Assembly: GCA_034722055.1 (NCBI GenBank)
Contig: JAYENL010000132.1
Coordinates: 1-36,664 of the forward strand
DNA length: 36,664 nt
From: Armatimonadota bacterium
Lineage (GTDB): Bacteria > Armatimonadota > Zipacnadia > Zipacnadales > UBA5352
Direction of reading: 5' to 3'
In this document: positions 34,982 to 36,664 of the stretch, in pieces
How the letters are laid out: each line of letters opens with the position of its first letter
How positions within the stretch are numbered: the stretch's first letter is position 1
The notes under the pieces: generated by a model
What the model saw: only the letters and a program-made list of their open reading frames with translations
Told to the model about the DNA's origin: nothing
The model's database searches: none
Translations under genes and position numbers: made by a program

Positions 34982-36664
34982 ATGAGCTTTTCGGGCAGCA
35001 TGGCACGAGCCTTCGCGGCTCTGTCGGTGGCGGCGCTGGCAGTGGGGCTGTCCGCGCCGCTCGCGGCCCCGCAGAACCTGGTGGCCAACCCCGGCTTCGA
35101 GCAGGACGAGGACGCGGACGGCCTTCCCGACGGCTGGACCTTCAGTTGGCGAGCCACCCACAGCGGTGACACTCCGGACATGGACCGGCAGGAGCCCGAC
35201 TGGGGCCTCGATGCCACCGTCACGCACGAGGGGCAGCACAGCGTCCGCACCGGCGTGGAGCGCCCTCAGGACGATGGCGTCTGGACGCAGGAGGGCATCT
35301 CCGTGCCCGAGGGCGTGGCGGTCCTGCGCCTCAGCGCCTGGATCAAGGTGCAGGGGGCCGACGGTGGCGCCGCTCACGTCGCCGTGGTCTACCAGTCAGC
35401 CGAGAACGAGTGGCTGGGCGCCGACTACGACGCCATCCTGGTTGACGAGGACACCGACTGGCAACGCTTCGTCGCGCTGTTCCGGCCGGAGGAGGGCACG
35501 GACCACCTGCGGCTGCGGCTGTGGACCAACTTCCGCCGCAGGGGGCCGGTCACCGCCTGGTACGATGACGTGAGCATGGAGCCGACGGAGCTGGAGGAGG
35601 TCCCGCCCTTGCAGCACATCGACCCCACCCCCATGCCGGAGCTCTCGCCTGAGGACCGCGCTCGAGGCTTCGTGCCCTTTGAGGTCAGCTACCTGGACGT
35701 AGTGATGCCCGCGACAGTCCCCACCGCGGAGCAGCTTCAGCCGGAGCTGCGCATCTTCGCCGCACCCGGCGAGCGGGAGCCGATCAGCTTCGCCGTCAGA
35801 GCGCTGGAGGACCAGGAGGGAATGACGGCCTCCATCGGCCGCCTCCAGGGCGACGCCGGCGCCCTGCCCCAGGACGCCGTGCACCAGGGCGTGGTCAGGA
35901 ACCTGATGCGCAAGATGCACCCCCGCACCGACGACATGCTCCTGCTGCCGGCCTTCGTGGAGGACATGCATCCGGTGGACGTGCCCGCCGGCACCTCGCG
36001 CTGGTTCTGGTTCACGGTCCGCGTCCCCGAGGATGCCGGGCCAGGCATCTACCGCGCTACCATCACGGTCTCCGCCCGCGGCGCCGAGGTCACCGTGCCG
36101 GTGGAGCTTGAGGTGCTGCCCATCGAGCTCATGCTCCCCGAGGGCGTGGCGTGGGGGATGTACGACTACGTGCGCACCTACTCGGATGATCCAGGCGCGC
36201 TGGAGGCGAAGTTCCGCGATCAGGCCGCACACGGCATGACCTCGGTGGGGCTGTGCGGGAATCATGGCGCCGAGATGAGCATGGCAGACGGCCAGGTCCG
36301 GATGCAGTGGACCGGCGAGACGGATCTGGAGCGTGGCATGGCGGCCTACGTGGCGGCCGGCTTCACCGAGCCGGTGCAGTGGCTGATGGGGGGCGACACC
36401 GCGAGGTTCGCCGGGCAGTTCGGCGACCTGCACTCGGAGGAGTACGTCGCGGCCTACGCCGGCGTCATTCGCGAGATCCTCGCCAAGGCCGAGGCTGAGG
36501 GATGGCCGGAGATCATCTTCCAGCCGGTGGACGAGGCCTTCGAGCACCGGCCACGCTTCGAGCGCATGATGGTGGAGATGCGCATCCTGCACGACCTCGG
36601 CGTCCCCGTGGAGGCCGACGGGATGAACGGCCACCCGGAGGGCATGGAGGAGGCGCTCCCGCTC
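34982..36664 (+). CDS. Secreted protein with CBM4/9-like domain and GH123/DUF4091-like region, partial at window end
   Basis: Frame open from ATG 34982 to the end. Signal peptide, NLVANPGFE..DGLPDGW, LSAWIK, DWQR, AWYDDV; then PGEREP, VPAG.SRWFWFTVRVPEDAGPGIYR, LEVLPIEL, QPVDE. Confidence 0.75.
   Translation, partial: MSFSGSMARAFAALSVAALAVGLSAPLAAPQNLVANPGFEQDEDADGLPDGWTFSWRATHSGDTPDMDRQEPDWGLDATVTHEGQHSVRTGVERPQDDGVWTQEGISVPEGVAVLRLSAWIKVQGADGGAAHVAVVYQSAENEWLGADYDAILVDEDTDWQRFVALFRPEEGTDHLRLRLWTNFRRRGPVTAWYDDVSMEPTELEEVPPLQHIDPTPMPELSPEDRARGFVPFEVSYLDVVMPATVPTAEQLQPELRIFAAPGEREPISFAVRALEDQEGMTASIGRLQGDAGALPQDAVHQGVVRNLMRKMHPRTDDMLLLPAFVEDMHPVDVPAGTSRWFWFTVRVPEDAGPGIYRATITVSARGAEVTVPVELEVLPIELMLPEGVAWGMYDYVRTYSDDPGALEAKFRDQAAHGMTSVGLCGNHGAEMSMADGQVRMQWTGETDLERGMAAYVAAGFTEPVQWLMGGDTARFAGQFGDLHSEEYVAAYAGVIREILAKAEAEGWPEIIFQPVDEAFEHRPRFERMMVEMRILHDLGVPVEADGMNGHPEGMEEALPL

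Noticed and set aside
7872..36634. Long antisense and alternative-frame ORFs (e.g. 7872-9596 -, 10773-12326 -, 15800-17398 -, 22836-24755 -, 28319-30064 -, 35396-36634 -)
   Set aside because: Shadows of well-supported genes in high-GC DNA, with no recognisable motifs.

Overview
High-GC bacterial chromosomal window; the gene types suggest an Armatimonadota-like organism, which is an unverified inference. From left to right: the end of a GH4-type glycosidase; a DUF433 gene leading an apparently lower-GC restriction-modification-like cassette (one beta-class amino-methyltransferase plus two nuclease-like genes); PIG-L and polysaccharide deacetylases; an L,D-transpeptidase; eda; an amidohydrolase-2 homologue missing most metal ligands; the housekeeping run gmk-coaBC-metK-priA-def-fmt (no rpoZ); a TPR protein; a RACo-type corrinoid activator plus a corrinoid protein; a small DMT transporter; a ~14 kb envelope glycosylation operon (two YfhO-like paralogues, two other GT-C-like membrane proteins, B12-binding radical SAM, three GT2, GT4, KdsC-like HAD); a histidine kinase with a degenerate ATPase domain; and the start of a secreted CBM/GH123-like protein. 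Three intergenic islands of REP-like palindromes are present. The clearest novel signals are: (i) a 559-bp MITE-like insertion with terminal inverted repeats and a target-site duplication that carries a BIME-like REP array and splits a TGATG-coupled gene pair; (ii) the two-nuclease RM-like cassette; (iii) a G11 tract in a glycosylation gene; (iv) REPs with a shared nested-hairpin architecture; (v) two apparent pseudo-enzymes. All calls come from reading motifs by eye; no searches were run.
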